Source: Octopus bimaculoides
Taxonomy: Eukaryota
Assembly (NCBI RefSeq): GCF_001194135.2
Contig: NC_069005.1
Coordinates: 2,269,200-2,316,411, forward strand
Length of the DNA: 47,212 nucleotides
Direction: 5' to 3'
The notes below the pieces were generated by a model. That model did no database searches. It saw only the letters and a program-made list of their open reading frames with translations, and was not told the DNA's origin. Of the stretch, positions 47,035 through 47,212 are shown piece by piece. Position numbers and translations under genes: made by a program. How positions within the stretch are numbered: position 1 is the stretch's first letter; every line of letters begins with the position of its first letter.

Positions 47035-47177
47035 ATCTCGTTGTGTTTCATTTTCACTTCCTCTCGCAATCTCCAATCGTTCAACTTCCTTTCACGTCTG
47101 ACACTTCACTTCATTATATATGCATATATCTATATTATATACATATATATACATATGCACGCATATATAAATGTACA

Positions 47178-47212
<35 letters not shown>
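45988..47212. repeat. (TA)n, (CA)n, (CT)n compound microsatellite region with gap
   Basis: Directly visible. Confidence 0.9.

Noticed and set aside
1-47212. Fanzor/TnpB, viral or Polinton genes
   Set aside because: No RuvC-like motif set, capsid, polymerase or integrase fragments recognised in any unique segment; a profile search would be needed to exclude highly decayed copies

Overview
Eukaryotic, AT-rich, largely non-coding DNA with eleven N gaps. The repeat content (tRNA-derived SINE families, (TA)n/(CA)n and trinucleotide arrays, REL-type LINE fragments in (TAA)n) resembles an Octopus-type cephalopod genome; this is an inference from repeat recognition, not a database match. I found no convincing host protein-coding gene, tRNA/rRNA gene or CRISPR array, and almost all long ORFs in the track are microsatellite or gap artefacts. 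The window holds many transposon remnants: two R4/Dong-like REL LINE fragments, a CR1-like LINE 3' end, RTE-like and Penelope-like fossils, a zinc-knuckle ORF1/gag element keeping its 5' end, a DD37E (TRT-type) Tc1 element, a DD37D (maT-type) mariner, a piggyBac-like left end, MITEs, and about 30 copies of at least four SINE families (working names SINE-A to SINE-D). The strongest observations concern retroposon interactions. SINE-A shares its 3' tail with the CR1-like LINE and carries internal microsatellites. SINE-A and SINE-B share a hairpin module. REL LINE pieces and SINE-B cluster at (TAA)n tracts. There is also a pre-miRNA-like hairpin and several short unique islands with homeodomain/TALE or CRE motifs. 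I did not find a wholly new biological system that I can support. Coordinates of degenerate elements are approximate (about 10-20 bp).
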